The notes under the pieces were generated by a model. The model did not search any database. It saw only the letters and a program-made list of their open reading frames with translations, and was not told where the DNA came from. A program made the position numbers and the translations under genes. Of a stretch of DNA of 57,033 bases, positions 19,469 to 29,402 are shown one piece after another (position 1 is the first letter of the stretch; every line of letters starts with the position of its first letter). This DNA comes from an uncultured Candidatus Saccharibacteria bacterium (lineage in GTDB: Bacteria; Patescibacteriota; Minisyncoccia; UBA6257): NCBI GenBank assembly GCA_964618625.1, contig CAZUBI010000002.1, positions 1-57,033 on the forward strand. Direction: 5' to 3'.

Positions 19469-20686
19469 TTAAACGCTTTGGGCTAACTGATATATTGGGA
19501 GTAAAACTGCCGACACCAAAAATGCCACTAAGATACCTATTATTACCACTAAAATTGGCTGTAATAAATCAATCATCGTACTAAAAGCCCTATCCACTTC
19601 TTTTTGAAAATAACCGGCCACTTTTCCTAAAATTGCATCCAAACGACCAGTCCCTTCCCCAACAGCTACCATTTGGCTAACTAATGGCGGCAAATATTCA
19701 TAATATCTTTTTAAGATACTACTTATGCTTTCTCCTTTTTTTACGGCATCAGCCACTTTATATCCAATCTTTTGGTAAGTATAATTACCAGTAGCATCCC
19801 CAGCAACTTGAAAAGCGGTAACTACAGGAATACCTCCATGGATTAAAGTTCCAGCTGTCTCACAAAAACGGGAAATAAATATCTTTTTATAGATTTCCCC
19901 CAATATAGGAATTTTTAAAATATACACGCCACCAACCCTTCTTCCTTCAGCAGAACGAAAATAATTTATCAAAAACCAAATCATTCCCAAAATAAGAACT
20001 GCTGCTAAAATACCCCAGTTTCTGAAAAATTCCCCAATAAAAATCAAAATCTTTGTCCCTATCGGAGGAGTTGCCCCAAATTCTTCAAAAATTGAAACCA
20101 TTTGAGGAGCTAAGGCAACAGTAATCACAACAGATACTAATAAGAAAGTTCCAAATAAAAATATTGGATAAGCAGCAGCAGATTTTGTTTTATTTATTAA
20201 ATCATATTCATGCTCAGCATAATCAGCTAAATAAGATAAGACCTCCTCCAATCGACCGGATATTTCGCCTGATTTTATCATTTGCATATAAAATTCCCCA
20301 AATATATCACTTTTCTTTTCTATTGACTTGGAAAGAGGCAAGCCAGAATCTAAATCTGATACTAAATCAAAAACCAAATCCTTAATAGCAGGAGTAGCTG
20401 CTTGAAGATAAAGAGTTCTTAGGGCTTCTCCCAAAGGAACTTGTGATTCTAATAAAGTGGCAAACTGACGCATAAAAATCGCCAAATTTTTTTTTGAAAT
20501 ACGCGCCTTTCTACCAAAAATTTCATCAAAAATAGTAATCTTCTTTTCAGGTGAAATTTCTAAAACAATCAAATCATAGCCCTGAAGAATACCAATTGCG
20601 GTGTCTAAAGAACGGGCTTCAACTCTTCCCGTACGGACATTCCCTTGTTTGTCTTTGGCTCTATAAATAAATTTCATATTATCCAA
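19469..20686 (-). CDS. pilC: Type IV pilus platform protein PilC, second copy
   Basis: SGEISGRLE and VGEGTGRLD repeats, LLQPILVV...LPIYQL. Confidence 0.95.
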   Translation of the reverse strand: MDNMKFIYRAKDKQGNVRTGRVEARSLDTAIGILQGYDLIVLEISPEKKITIFDEIFGRKARISKKNLAIFMRQFATLLESQVPLGEALRTLYLQAATPAIKDLVFDLVSDLDSGLPLSKSIEKKSDIFGEFYMQMIKSGEISGRLEEVLSYLADYAEHEYDLINKTKSAAAYPIFLFGTFLLVSVVITVALAPQMVSIFEEFGATPPIGTKILIFIGEFFRNWGILAAVLILGMIWFLINYFRSAEGRRVGGVYILKIPILGEIYKKIFISRFCETAGTLIHGGIPVVTAFQVAGDATGNYTYQKIGYKVADAVKKGESISSILKRYYEYLPPLVSQMVAVGEGTGRLDAILGKVAGYFQKEVDRAFSTMIDLLQPILVVIIGILVAFLVSAVLLPIYQLAQSV

Positions 20687-21749
20687 GTAGTTGTCTTAAT
20701 TCTGAAGGATTTAATGAATAAGTTTCTGCTGATTCCAAAGAAATTTCTCTCTTGCGAACCAACTCTACCAAAGAACGATTTAATGATACCATTCCCTCTT
20801 GGACGCTTGTATCAATAACTAAATTAATTTGATAAGTCTTCTTTTCACGAATGAGATTTTTAATAGCGGAATTAACAAACATTATTTCACAAGCAGGAAT
20901 TCTACCACCGGCAATTCTTGGAATAAGCCTTTGTGAGACAATTCCTATCAAGGTGCTAGCTAATTGGGAACGAATTTGCCCTTGCTGGGATCCTGGAAAA
21001 CTATCTACAATTCGATCTATTGTTTGACTAACAGAATTAGTATGTAAAGTAGAAAAAACTAAATGCCCAGTTTCTGCAGCTGTTAAAGCAATTGCTATAG
21101 ATTCAGGATCGCGCATCTCTCCAATCATAATTACATCAGGATCCTGACGAAGTACTGAGCGCAATCCGCGATGAAAACTTAATGTATCAGTCCCAACTTC
21201 TCTCTGGTCAATTAATGCTCTATCCTGAGTAAAAGCATATTCAATCGGATCTTCAATCGTAATAATATGTTCCATTCTTTTATGATTGATTTCATCAATT
21301 AAAGCGGCCAATGTAGTTGTTTTTCCATGCCCAGCAGGCCCTACTGCCAAGAAAAATCCCTGTTGAGATTTAGTAAATTCATGAAGCACTGAAGGCAAAT
21401 TTAATTCTTCAACTGTTCTAATATTTACAGGGATTAACCTCAAGGCAGCAGAAAGATACCCTTTTTGGAAATAAACATTAACCCTAAAACGAACCTTGTC
21501 TTCATAAGAAAAGGCAAAATCAATTTCTTTTTCAGTAATCAATTTTTCCTGTTGATCTGTTGTTAATAAAGCTCCGATTAAACCAGCTGTCATTTCTGGA
21601 GTTAAAATTGATTCATTGGAAACTGGCACTAAGTTCCCGTCAATTCTTACTGTTGGATGCTTGCCTACGCTTAAATGCAAATCAGACGCTCCTTGTTGAG
21701 CAGCTAAAATCATTAATTCTGCTAATTTATTTTGATAATCAATTGGCAT
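20679..21749 (-). CDS. pilT: Pilus retraction ATPase PilT
   Basis: ASDLHL, GPAGHGKTTT, LRQDPDVIMIGEMRD, AIKNLIRE (AIRNLIRE motif); no PilB-type N-domain or Cys4 motif. Confidence 0.95.
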   Translation of the reverse strand: MPIDYQNKLAELMILAAQQGASDLHLSVGKHPTVRIDGNLVPVSNESILTPEMTAGLIGALLTTDQQEKLITEKEIDFAFSYEDKVRFRVNVYFQKGYLSAALRLIPVNIRTVEELNLPSVLHEFTKSQQGFFLAVGPAGHGKTTTLAALIDEINHKRMEHIITIEDPIEYAFTQDRALIDQREVGTDTLSFHRGLRSVLRQDPDVIMIGEMRDPESIAIALTAAETGHLVFSTLHTNSVSQTIDRIVDSFPGSQQGQIRSQLASTLIGIVSQRLIPRIAGGRIPACEIMFVNSAIKNLIREKKTYQINLVIDTSVQEGMVSLNRSLVELVRKREISLESAETYSLNPSELRQLLG

Positions 21750-21797
21750 ACTTTTTTAAAATTACTATTACATTATTATACAATATTATACGATATT

Positions 21798-21839
21798 ATA
21801 ACAACCTTTCGCTCTTTCAAGAACGTTGAAATTGAAATA
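21798..21839 (-). promoter_or_regulatory. Conserved upstream element with extended -10 (GGTTGTTATAAT) for pilus operon 2
   Basis: Near-identical to 7446-7490; adjoined by three TATAAT copies at 10-nt spacing (21771-21800). Confidence 0.65.
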
Positions 21840-21851
21840 AATATATTTCAA

Positions 21852-22910
21852 TTATACCAAAAAAACATCAAGAAAGTATAGAGCCAAACCAAAAGCGGCA
21901 ACCACACCAGAAATAAGCCAGAAACGCATTGTTACTTTGGTTTCTGGCCAACCCTTGGCTTCAAAATGATGATGAAGTGGAGAAGAAAGAAAAAGTTTTT
22001 TATGCTTTATCCTTCGGTAAATTTTTTGAATTATTACAGATATTGACTCCACAACTAAAATAAAAGCGAAAAATGGAAGAAATAATACAGTATCAGTTAT
22101 CATTGCCACAACACCCATGGTAATTCCCAGAGCCATAGCGCCAGTATCACCCATAAAAAAACGAGCTGGGTAAACATTGAACCAAAGAAAAGCTACAATA
22201 GTCCCAATAAGCACACTAAGGAAAGCGGCTAAATTATACATACCTTGGGAAAAAGCAACAATTAATAAACAAACAAATCCGATTAAAGATATTCCGCCTG
22301 CCAAACCATCCAATCCATCTGTCTCATTCATAGAAAACGTAGTAGCTACTAAAACAAAAACAAAAAAAAGAATATACCAAACTCCCAAACTCGCTTCTCC
22401 ATAAAAAGGGATATAGATCGCATCTCTTCCAAGCTTGGCCCAAAACCACCATGCGCCGATTAAAGAAATTGAAGTATAAATAATGATTTTTTCCCTCACT
22501 CTTAATCCTCCGCCCTTTATCCCGATATGAAAAATCCCCAGCAAATCATCTGCTAAGCCTACAATGGCAGCCCCAGCCATTGCTCCTAATGGCAGCCATG
22601 TTTGAGAACGTGAAAGAAAATTTAAAGCTCCAAAAAACCCATTGGTTATTTTGGAAAAACAAAAAAATAAAAACGCAACAACTAATGTACACCCCCACAT
22701 AAGAATACCCCCCATAGTTGGAGTGCCTTCTTTTTTCTTATGTAAAGAAATATATACTGGAGTATTTTTGTCTTCGCGGATTTGTTTTCCTAAACGATAT
22801 TTATAAAGAAAATGAGTAAGAAGCGGAGTTAAAAAAATAGCCAAAATCGAAGAAAATACACCTAGAAATAAAATGCGAATAATTTGAAAAGCCGGAGAAG
22901 CAAAAATCAT
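21852..22910 (-). CDS. mraY: Phospho-MurNAc-pentapeptide transferase
   Basis: KKKEGTPTMGG, VGLADD, NETDGLDGLAGG, FMGDTG, PLHHHFE. Confidence 0.97.
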   Translation of the reverse strand: MIFASPAFQIIRILFLGVFSSILAIFLTPLLTHFLYKYRLGKQIREDKNTPVYISLHKKKEGTPTMGGILMWGCTLVVAFLFFCFSKITNGFFGALNFLSRSQTWLPLGAMAGAAIVGLADDLLGIFHIGIKGGGLRVREKIIIYTSISLIGAWWFWAKLGRDAIYIPFYGEASLGVWYILFFVFVLVATTFSMNETDGLDGLAGGISLIGFVCLLIVAFSQGMYNLAAFLSVLIGTIVAFLWFNVYPARFFMGDTGAMALGITMGVVAMITDTVLFLPFFAFILVVESISVIIQKIYRRIKHKKLFLSSPLHHHFEAKGWPETKVTMRFWLISGVVAAFGLALYFLDVFLV

Positions 22911-22929
22911 AAAATCTTATTATTGTTTG

Positions 22930-23859
22930 TCATTTGCTATTTGCTATTTGTTGTTTTACCCAATCGTAAAGTTTCATCGTATCCCCAAAATGATCTGATG
23001 AATTTAAAACTATAATTGATATAATCATTTTATCATCTTTTTCAGGAAAAGAAAATTCATAAATAGTTAAAAGGCAATCTTTCGCTTCGGGAGTTGATCC
23101 TGTTTTTCCACCCCATAAATTATCAATTTTACCAACCAGAGTGTTGGTATTTTTCAAAATATGAATTGTTTCTTTATCAATTGAATAAACAATATCTTCT
23201 TCCATTCTCGTAATTTCCCCTATATATGGATGTTCTTGATAAATTTTCCGGCTCAACTTAAATAAATCTTCAATACTGGTAAAATTTCCTTTTCTATCCA
23301 ATCCGCTGGCATCAAAAAATGCGCTGTTAAATAATTCAAATTCACGAGCTTTTTGATTCATTAAGCCAACAAAATTTCCATCTTTCTTCTCCAATGCTTC
23401 TTCAAAAGCAATGGCCGCATCATTGGAAGAAGAAATTAAAAGAATTTTTAATAAATCACCTGCGCTAATCTTTTCATTAGCAACCAATCCTCCCTCTTCT
23501 CCTTCAATGCTAACTGCGTAAGGACTAATGAGAATTTCTTCACCTGGAGAAAAATTCTCCAAAGTGATTATTGCCGTCATTAATTTACTAAGAGAAGCGG
23601 AAAAAAAATGGAGGTTTCCATTTTTTTTAGCCAATAATTTGCCTGAGCCAACATCTCCGATAAGATAAGAGATAGCGCTTATATCATCATGAAGATTATT
23701 AATTTCAAAAGGAGCATCAATTAATAAATTCTCTTTTTGCTGTTCCAAAAGAAAACCGTAAATCACTAAAAATAAACAAAGAATAAAAATCGTCCAAAAA
23801 AAATGGAATCTATTTATTTTTCTTACTAAATTCTTCATATTGAGATAATTCCTGAACAT
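22930..23859 (-). CDS. D-Ala-D-Ala carboxypeptidase (peptidase S11)
   Basis: SLSK (SxxK), SSN and KTG motifs with an N-terminal anchor; probable start at 23838. Confidence 0.92.
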   Translation of the reverse strand: MFRNYLNMKNLVRKINRFHFFWTIFILCLFLVIYGFLLEQQKENLLIDAPFEINNLHDDISAISYLIGDVGSGKLLAKKNGNLHFFSASLSKLMTAIITLENFSPGEEILISPYAVSIEGEEGGLVANEKISAGDLLKILLISSSNDAAIAFEEALEKKDGNFVGLMNQKAREFELFNSAFFDASGLDRKGNFTSIEDLFKLSRKIYQEHPYIGEITRMEEDIVYSIDKETIHILKNTNTLVGKIDNLWGGKTGSTPEAKDCLLTIYEFSFPEKDDKMIISIIVLNSSDHFGDTMKLYDWVKQQIANSK

Positions 23860-24325
23860 TACTAATTCCTAAATTCTTAAGAAACTCAAAAGAAACCTTA
23901 TAAAGATAGGCTTTGTATTTTTCAGTATGTATAGAACGTTCAATTAATCCTCTTAAAAGGAGCTGATGAAGTATATAGCTAGAATCGACTCCTCTGATTT
24001 CATTCATACTGGCGCGCGTTATCGGTCCTCTGTACGCTATAATTGCCAATGTTTCCTGACTGGCTGGACTAAGATCCCCTTCAATAACTTCCTTTTTTAA
24101 TTTTTGAATAAAAGAAGCTGATTCTGGAGCTGTAACCATCAGCCATTCTCCATTATTATTAATCAATCTCATTCCCCTATTTTGGTCTTGAAATTTTTCT
24201 TTTAATTCCTTTAAAGTTTCTTTTACTTTTTCTTCCTTTGCATTAATAATTTTACTTAACCTCTTTACAGAAAGAGGTTCCCCAGCAGCAAAAAGCAAAC
24301 TTTCTATTGTTAATTTGATATCCAT
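23810..24325 (-). CDS. scpB: SMC-Scp complex subunit ScpB
   Basis: IESLLFAAGEPL, LSPASQETLAIIAYRGPITR, RGVDS. Confidence 0.95.
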   Translation of the reverse strand: MDIKLTIESLLFAAGEPLSVKRLSKIINAKEEKVKETLKELKEKFQDQNRGMRLINNNGEWLMVTAPESASFIQKLKKEVIEGDLSPASQETLAIIAYRGPITRASMNEIRGVDSSYILHQLLLRGLIERSIHTEKYKAYLYKVSFEFLKNLGISNVQELSQYEEFSKKNK

Positions 24326-25005
24326 ATTGATCCAAAATTTTTCTCTTGTTTTATTTTCACTATATTTTCTTTAACTAAATAAAGAACCGCTAAAAATGTG
24401 AGAACTAATTCAATTCTTTTGTTTTTATCAGGCACTAATTCTTCCAAACTATAATCTTTTCCTTGAGTTAACTTCTGAATCAATCCTTTAATTCTTTGTT
24501 TAAGCGTCACTATTTTAACTATTTTCTTTTCTTCAAGAGGAATTTCTTCTTCAAAAGATTCTAAAATCTTTTTAAAAGATTGGGACAAAGAAGAAAGTGA
24601 AAGATTCTTGGACGGAGAAAATTTAACTTCTGTGTCTTTCCAAGGTGGACGGGTAAAAAGATAAGAATGCTTATTCCATAATTCATACATTTTTACCCCC
24701 TGTTCTTTATATGCTTTGTATAATTGAAGGCGATTTTCTAAATCTAAGATCTCTTCTTGCTCCTCGGTTTCCAGTTCTAATGTTGGTAGGAGAGATTTTG
24801 ATTTTATCAAAAGAAGCGTAGAGGCAATAACTAAAAAATCCGCTAATTCCTCAGGATGAACTAATGTTTGATCGCCAACATAATTCATATAATCCTGAGT
24901 AACTTGAGCCAAAGAAATTTCAGTAATTTCCAAATTTTTCTTTTCTACCAATTGCAAAAGAAGGTCTAATGGCCCAGTAAATTGTTGGGTAGAAACATTA
25001 TACAT
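24310..25005 (-). CDS. scpA: Segregation/condensation protein ScpA (kleisin)
   Basis: FTGPLDLLLQL, ADFLVIASTLLLIKSKSLLP, TFLAVLYL. Confidence 0.95.
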   Translation of the reverse strand: MYNVSTQQFTGPLDLLLQLVEKKNLEITEISLAQVTQDYMNYVGDQTLVHPEELADFLVIASTLLLIKSKSLLPTLELETEEQEEILDLENRLQLYKAYKEQGVKMYELWNKHSYLFTRPPWKDTEVKFSPSKNLSLSSLSQSFKKILESFEEEIPLEEKKIVKIVTLKQRIKGLIQKLTQGKDYSLEELVPDKNKRIELVLTFLAVLYLVKENIVKIKQEKNFGSIWISN

Positions 25006-25006
25006 A

Positions 25007-27349
25007 TTACTTCACCTTTATCTCTGTTGAAAGTATCTTTTTAACATTATTTACAAGTAATGCTTTAAATCTCTGCTCTAACTCTTTATAAAAATAATAA
25101 CTCTCTCTCTTGTATTCCACTAAAGAATCTTTCCCCCCATAAGCCCGAAGGGATGTAGCGTCCCGCAAAAATTCCATTTTCTCAATATGTTCCAGCCATA
25201 AAGTGTCTAACAATCTTAAGGAAACAGCCTTTAATATTTCCAGTAGTTTTTCTTCTTCAACAACAGACGCCTTTTCTTGAAAATCTCTTTCTGGGAATTT
25301 TTCGTTTATTTCCAAGAAAAGATTTATTATATAATCTTTTAATTTGTTGCCTTCAGCTTTTTCTAATACCTCGTCTCTTATTTTATAAAACGCCGCTCGT
25401 TGTTTATTAATAACATCATCATATTCCAAGATATGTTTTCTAATATCAAAATAAAATCCTTCAATTTTTGATTGGGACATTTCTATCGCCTTGGTAACCA
25501 TTTTATGTTCAATTGGTTCGTCTTCTGGCCATCCTAATTTTTTCATCATACCAGATAAATATTTAGGAGCAAAAACACGCATCAAATCATCTTCCAGAGA
25601 AATAAAAAACTGCGAAGAACCTGGGTCTCCTTGTCGGCCAGATCTTCCTCTCAACTGATTGTCAATTCGCCTGGCTTCATGCCGTTCAGTTGCTAAAACA
25701 TAAAGGCCACCTAATTCTAAAACTTTTACTTTTTGTTCCTCGTCAGGAGGATTACCACCTAAAACGATATCTACGCCCCTACCAGCCATATTAGTAGCCA
25801 CTGTAACAGTATTTAATCTACCAGCTTGAGCAATTATTTCCCCTTCTTTTTCATTGTTTTTAGCATTTAAAATATTATGGGAAACACCTTCTCTTTTTAA
25901 ATATAAGCTTAGTAATTCATTCTTCTCCACTGAAGGAGTTCCGATTAATATTGGCTGGCCTTTTTCATTTCTTTCTTTTACTTCTCTGGCAATAGCTTTT
26001 AATTTACCTTCTTCTGTGCCATAAATTCTATCAGGCAAGCCTTTTCTTATCATTGGCTTGTTAGTTGGGACAACTATAACTTCTGCGTTATAAACTTTTT
26101 TAAATTCTTCTGCTGAAGTGAAAGCAGTTCCAGTCATTCCTGATAGTTTTTTATACATACGAAAATAATTTTGCAAAGTAATTGTCGCCACTGTCCTACT
26201 TTCTTTTTCTATTTGAACCCTCTCTTTTGCTTCTAAAGCCTGATGAAGTCCGCCAGAATATCTTCGTCCAGGCAAAAGCCGACCTGTAAATTCATCAATA
26301 ATCATTACTTTTCCATCTTTTACTAAATAATCACGGTCTTTTAAAAAAAGATAATTAGCCTTCAAAGCTGTTTCTAAATGATGCACATATAATAACCCTT
26401 TCTCGTCAAAAATATTAAACCCAAAAATCTTTTCTACTTTATCAAGCCCTTCTTCTGTTAAATTTACTGATTTGTCTTTTTTATCTATTATAAAATCCCA
26501 ATCTTTTTTAAGCTTTGGGACTATTTGAGTAAACTCCTGATATAATTTTGCCGCTTGTTGGTCTGGTACAGATATAATAAGCGGAGTTCTGGCTTCGTCA
26601 ATTAAAACACTGTCAACTTCATCAATAATAACATAATGATGCCTTCTCTGAACTCTTTCTTTTAAAGAATAAGCCAGGTGATCGCGCAAATAATCAAATC
26701 CAAATTCAGTATTAGTTCCATAGGTAATATCTGCCAAATACGCTTCTTTTCTATCCACAGGGCGCAAAAATTCTTCAAATACTTTAAATCCACCTAATTC
26801 GTCCCTTTTCCTGTCCAATTCTTCTTTTTCTTTTTGGTTTTCTAATTTGTATTCAGGATCATAAATATAGGCTGTATCATGACTTAAGCATCCAACTGTT
26901 AATCCTAAATAATGATAAACCTGTCCCATCCAAACAGTATCTCTTTTGGACAAATAATCATTAACGGTAACAACATGCACACCCTTGTCTTCTATAGCAT
27001 TTAATACTACTGGCAAAGTAGCAGCCAAAGTTTTACCTTCACCGGTTTTCATTTCAATTATCTTTCCTTCATGCAATCCAATACCACCCAATAGCTGAAC
27101 ATCAAAATGCCGTTGCTTTAAAGTGCGTAAACTTGCTTCCCGTGTTAAAGAAAAAATCTCTGGAAGAATTTTATCTAAAAAAGTTTCTTGTTCAACTTCT
27201 TTTTTAAATTCATTAATTCTTTTAGAAAATTCTTCTTGAGGTAATTGATGAATCTCTTTCTCTTTTTCGTTAATCTCAGCAATAACATTTGCTTTTTGCT
27301 TTTGATAACGAACACTGGAATCAGGGAAAAAAATATCTAATAAAGACAT
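25007..27349 (-). CDS. secA: Preprotein translocase ATPase SecA, compact form without the C-terminal Zn tail
   Basis: EMKTGEGKT, GFDYLRD, IIDEVDS, ATNMAGRGVDI, RIDNQLRGRSGRQGDPG. Confidence 0.98.
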   Translation of the reverse strand: MSLLDIFFPDSSVRYQKQKANVIAEINEKEKEIHQLPQEEFSKRINEFKKEVEQETFLDKILPEIFSLTREASLRTLKQRHFDVQLLGGIGLHEGKIIEMKTGEGKTLAATLPVVLNAIEDKGVHVVTVNDYLSKRDTVWMGQVYHYLGLTVGCLSHDTAYIYDPEYKLENQKEKEELDRKRDELGGFKVFEEFLRPVDRKEAYLADITYGTNTEFGFDYLRDHLAYSLKERVQRRHHYVIIDEVDSVLIDEARTPLIISVPDQQAAKLYQEFTQIVPKLKKDWDFIIDKKDKSVNLTEEGLDKVEKIFGFNIFDEKGLLYVHHLETALKANYLFLKDRDYLVKDGKVMIIDEFTGRLLPGRRYSGGLHQALEAKERVQIEKESRTVATITLQNYFRMYKKLSGMTGTAFTSAEEFKKVYNAEVIVVPTNKPMIRKGLPDRIYGTEEGKLKAIAREVKERNEKGQPILIGTPSVEKNELLSLYLKREGVSHNILNAKNNEKEGEIIAQAGRLNTVTVATNMAGRGVDIVLGGNPPDEEQKVKVLELGGLYVLATERHEARRIDNQLRGRSGRQGDPGSSQFFISLEDDLMRVFAPKYLSGMMKKLGWPEDEPIEHKMVTKAIEMSQSKIEGFYFDIRKHILEYDDVINKQRAAFYKIRDEVLEKAEGNKLKDYIINLFLEINEKFPERDFQEKASVVEEEKLLEILKAVSLRLLDTLWLEHIEKMEFLRDATSLRAYGGKDSLVEYKRESYYFYKELEQRFKALLVNNVKKILSTEIKVK

Positions 27350-27368
27350 ATTAATAAAAGTTAAAAAC

Positions 27369-27391
27369 TTGCCCTGAGCGAAGCCGAAGGG
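27369..27391. repeat. Short REP-like half element
   Basis: ttgccctgagcgaagccgaaggg, related to the elements at 7990 and 53347. Confidence 0.45.
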
Positions 27392-27748
27392 TTAAAAATG
27401 TAATTTATCTTTCAAGGAGCGCGCCAATCTTCTAAAACGATCTTTTCTTAATTCTTTATTCTTAATCATTAAACTTTTTAATTTATCTTTTAATCTATCT
27501 GTAGTTTCTTCAATATTACTTCCCTGCACTTTACATATTATATCCTTTCCTGGAATGGCAAAATTAGCCTCAGCAAAAAAGATCTCACCTGTTTCCTGCT
27601 TAGAAATAATTTTACCTATTGTTACTGTTAATAAAGATCTTTCACCATAACGTTGGCCTATCTTTTCTAAATCTTTTAATTTTTGTTCTATATTCTCCCT
27701 TTGTTGGTTTAATAATTCAATATCTTTTGGTACGATTTTAATATTCAT
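27392..27748 (-). CDS. hpf: Ribosome hibernation factor (HPF/RaiA family)
   Basis: MNIKI...EQKLKDLEK...FFAEANFAIPGKDI...NIEETTDRLKDKL pattern, located upstream of secA. Confidence 0.8.
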   Translation of the reverse strand: MNIKIVPKDIELLNQQRENIEQKLKDLEKIGQRYGERSLLTVTIGKIISKQETGEIFFAEANFAIPGKDIICKVQGSNIEETTDRLKDKLKSLMIKNKELRKDRFRRLARSLKDKLHF

Positions 27749-27800
27749 AAATATTTAATAAATATCCACCTAAATCTTACCTAAAAAGAGGTTATAAAGC

Positions 27801-27833
27801 AAACCCCCGTTAGAAATAGATTTCTAACGGGGG
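27801..27833 (-). terminator. Intrinsic terminator after the basic-protein gene
   Basis: Perfect 13-bp stem CCCCCGTTAGAAA/TTTCTAACGGGGG followed by TTTGCTTT. Confidence 0.8.
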
Positions 27834-27853
27834 AACCATGAATTTGCTAAAAA

Positions 27854-28084
27854 CTATCTTTTCCTTTTAGCTCTTTTCGTTCTTTTAACTTTCTTCGTGG
27901 CTTTTCTCTTTCTTCTAGCGGGTTTTTTAACTTTTTTTACTCTCTTTTTAGCAACTTTCTTAACTCTTCTCTTTGCAACCTTTCTAACTTTTCTCTTTAC
28001 AACTTTTCTCTTAGTAACCTTTCTAACTTTTCTTCTTACAACTTTTTTAACTTTCCTGGTTTTTTTAACTTTTCTTTTGGCCAT
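27854..28084 (-). CDS. Protamine/histone-H1-like highly basic protein
   Basis: 76 aa with 31 K, 18 R, 15 V and no acidic residue; has its own promoter (TTGACA-16-TAGAAT, about 28235-28262) and terminator. Confidence 0.8.
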   Translation of the reverse strand: MAKRKVKKTRKVKKVVRRKVRKVTKRKVVKRKVRKVAKRRVKKVAKKRVKKVKKPARRKRKATKKVKRTKRAKRKR

Positions 28085-28258
28085 GTTTTTTTATTTTTTT
28101 AAATCAAGCAGACGACCAACCTTAAGAAGTAATAACAGGTTATCCATAAATGGACACTGCTTGTATTTGTAATTAATCTTAAATTTTAAAAACTAAATTT
28201 AAAATTGCAAATTCAAAATTAGTTTCCTAATATAATTCTAACTCTAAAAAAGAATATG

Positions 28259-29185
28259 TCAATAGTGGATAACAATAATTTCTTCTTTTAATTCAATCCT
28301 AAATCTTTTATAAACTTTTTTCTTGCAAAGATTGATCAAATGCAACACATCTTTTGCTTTTGCATTTTTAATATTAATAATTACATTAGCATGGAAATCA
28401 GAAATCATTGCTCCGCCATATTTTTTCCCTTTTAAATTGCATTTTTGAATAAACCAACCCGTAGAAATCTTTCCTTTTTTTATAGTCGCCCCTTTTCTAT
28501 GTTTTGAAGGCAAATCTTTGGCAAAAATATTTTTAAAAATACTCCCGGCTGAAGAATGTCTAAATAAGCCTTTCTTAAGCTTATACTGCCAATAATTCTT
28601 TGTCTTTTCCCTGATTTTTGTTTTATCCCCTTTCTTAATAAAGATTTCAACTTCCCAGATTATTTCTTTATTCTTTTTAAAAATACTTCCCCTGTATTCA
28701 AATTTACAATCTTTTTGTGAATATATTGTTTCTTTATATGTTTTTAAATCTATGGTTCTGATTTTTTTTACAAATTTTCCAAAATCATATCCAAAGCCGC
28801 CAGCATTACAAAAAACTGCTCCGCCAACTGTTGCTGGAATTCCATTGGCCCATTCTAAACCTTCAAACCCTTTATTTAAAAATTTTTGCAATAATTCTAT
28901 TAACATCATTCCGGCTCCCACAACAATCGTTTTTTTATTTATCTTTTTTATTTTATTGTTTTCTATCTTAATTATTATTCCCTGATATTTTTTATCAGAA
29001 AATAAAATATTTGAACCATTCCCTAAAATAAAAACAGGCAAAGAATTCTCTTTTGCCCAATGTAAAGTTTTTATCAATTTATCTTTTGAAGATATTTTTG
29101 CAAAATATTTCGTTTTTCCGTTGATACGAAAAGTATTGTAATTTTTGAGCGAAACATTTTCTTTTATCCAATGAAGAGTTTTCAT
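28259..29185 (-). CDS. murB: UDP-N-acetylenolpyruvoylglucosamine reductase
   Basis: LGNGSNIL, GIPATVGGAVFCNAGG, FEYRGS, SAGSIFKN, HANVIIN, LKEEI. Confidence 0.96.
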   Translation of the reverse strand: MKTLHWIKENVSLKNYNTFRINGKTKYFAKISSKDKLIKTLHWAKENSLPVFILGNGSNILFSDKKYQGIIIKIENNKIKKINKKTIVVGAGMMLIELLQKFLNKGFEGLEWANGIPATVGGAVFCNAGGFGYDFGKFVKKIRTIDLKTYKETIYSQKDCKFEYRGSIFKKNKEIIWEVEIFIKKGDKTKIREKTKNYWQYKLKKGLFRHSSAGSIFKNIFAKDLPSKHRKGATIKKGKISTGWFIQKCNLKGKKYGGAMISDFHANVIINIKNAKAKDVLHLINLCKKKVYKRFRIELKEEIIVIHY

Positions 29186-29191
29186 AAGAAA

Positions 29192-29257
29192 TGGGGCCTG
29201 GAAGGGTATACTCCTATACTATTTGTTATAAGTGAGTGCTCAGCCTCCAGGACCCCA
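29192..29257 (-). ncRNA. Candidate structured leader/ncRNA directly upstream of murB
   Basis: GC-rich closing stem TGGGGTCCTGGAGG/CCTTCCAGGCCCCA begins at the predicted start site of a TTGACT-16-TACACT promoter (29263-29290). Confidence 0.45.
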
Positions 29258-29302
29258 AATAAAGTGTAAACATATTAAATCAAAAGTCAACCCACACACC
29301 AT

Positions 29303-29402
29303 AAAAAATTCCCGCTCTGTAAACAGAGCGGGAATGCAACAAATAGTTGGGTTGTTTTGATGAAAAACAAAGTTTTTTATTAAAACAACAAACACCCACT
29401 TG
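29303..29402 (-). ncRNA. Candidate ~100-nt small RNA
   Basis: TTGATT-17-TATAAT promoter (29409-29437) and a strong terminator TTCCCGCTCTGT-tt-ACAGAGCGGGAA-TTTTTT (29303-29334). Confidence 0.5.

Noticed and set aside
25007-27349. Short SecA as a pseudogene or SecA2
   Set aside because: All motor motifs are intact; loss of the C-terminal Zn tail and a trimmed wing domain are common in reduced genomes.
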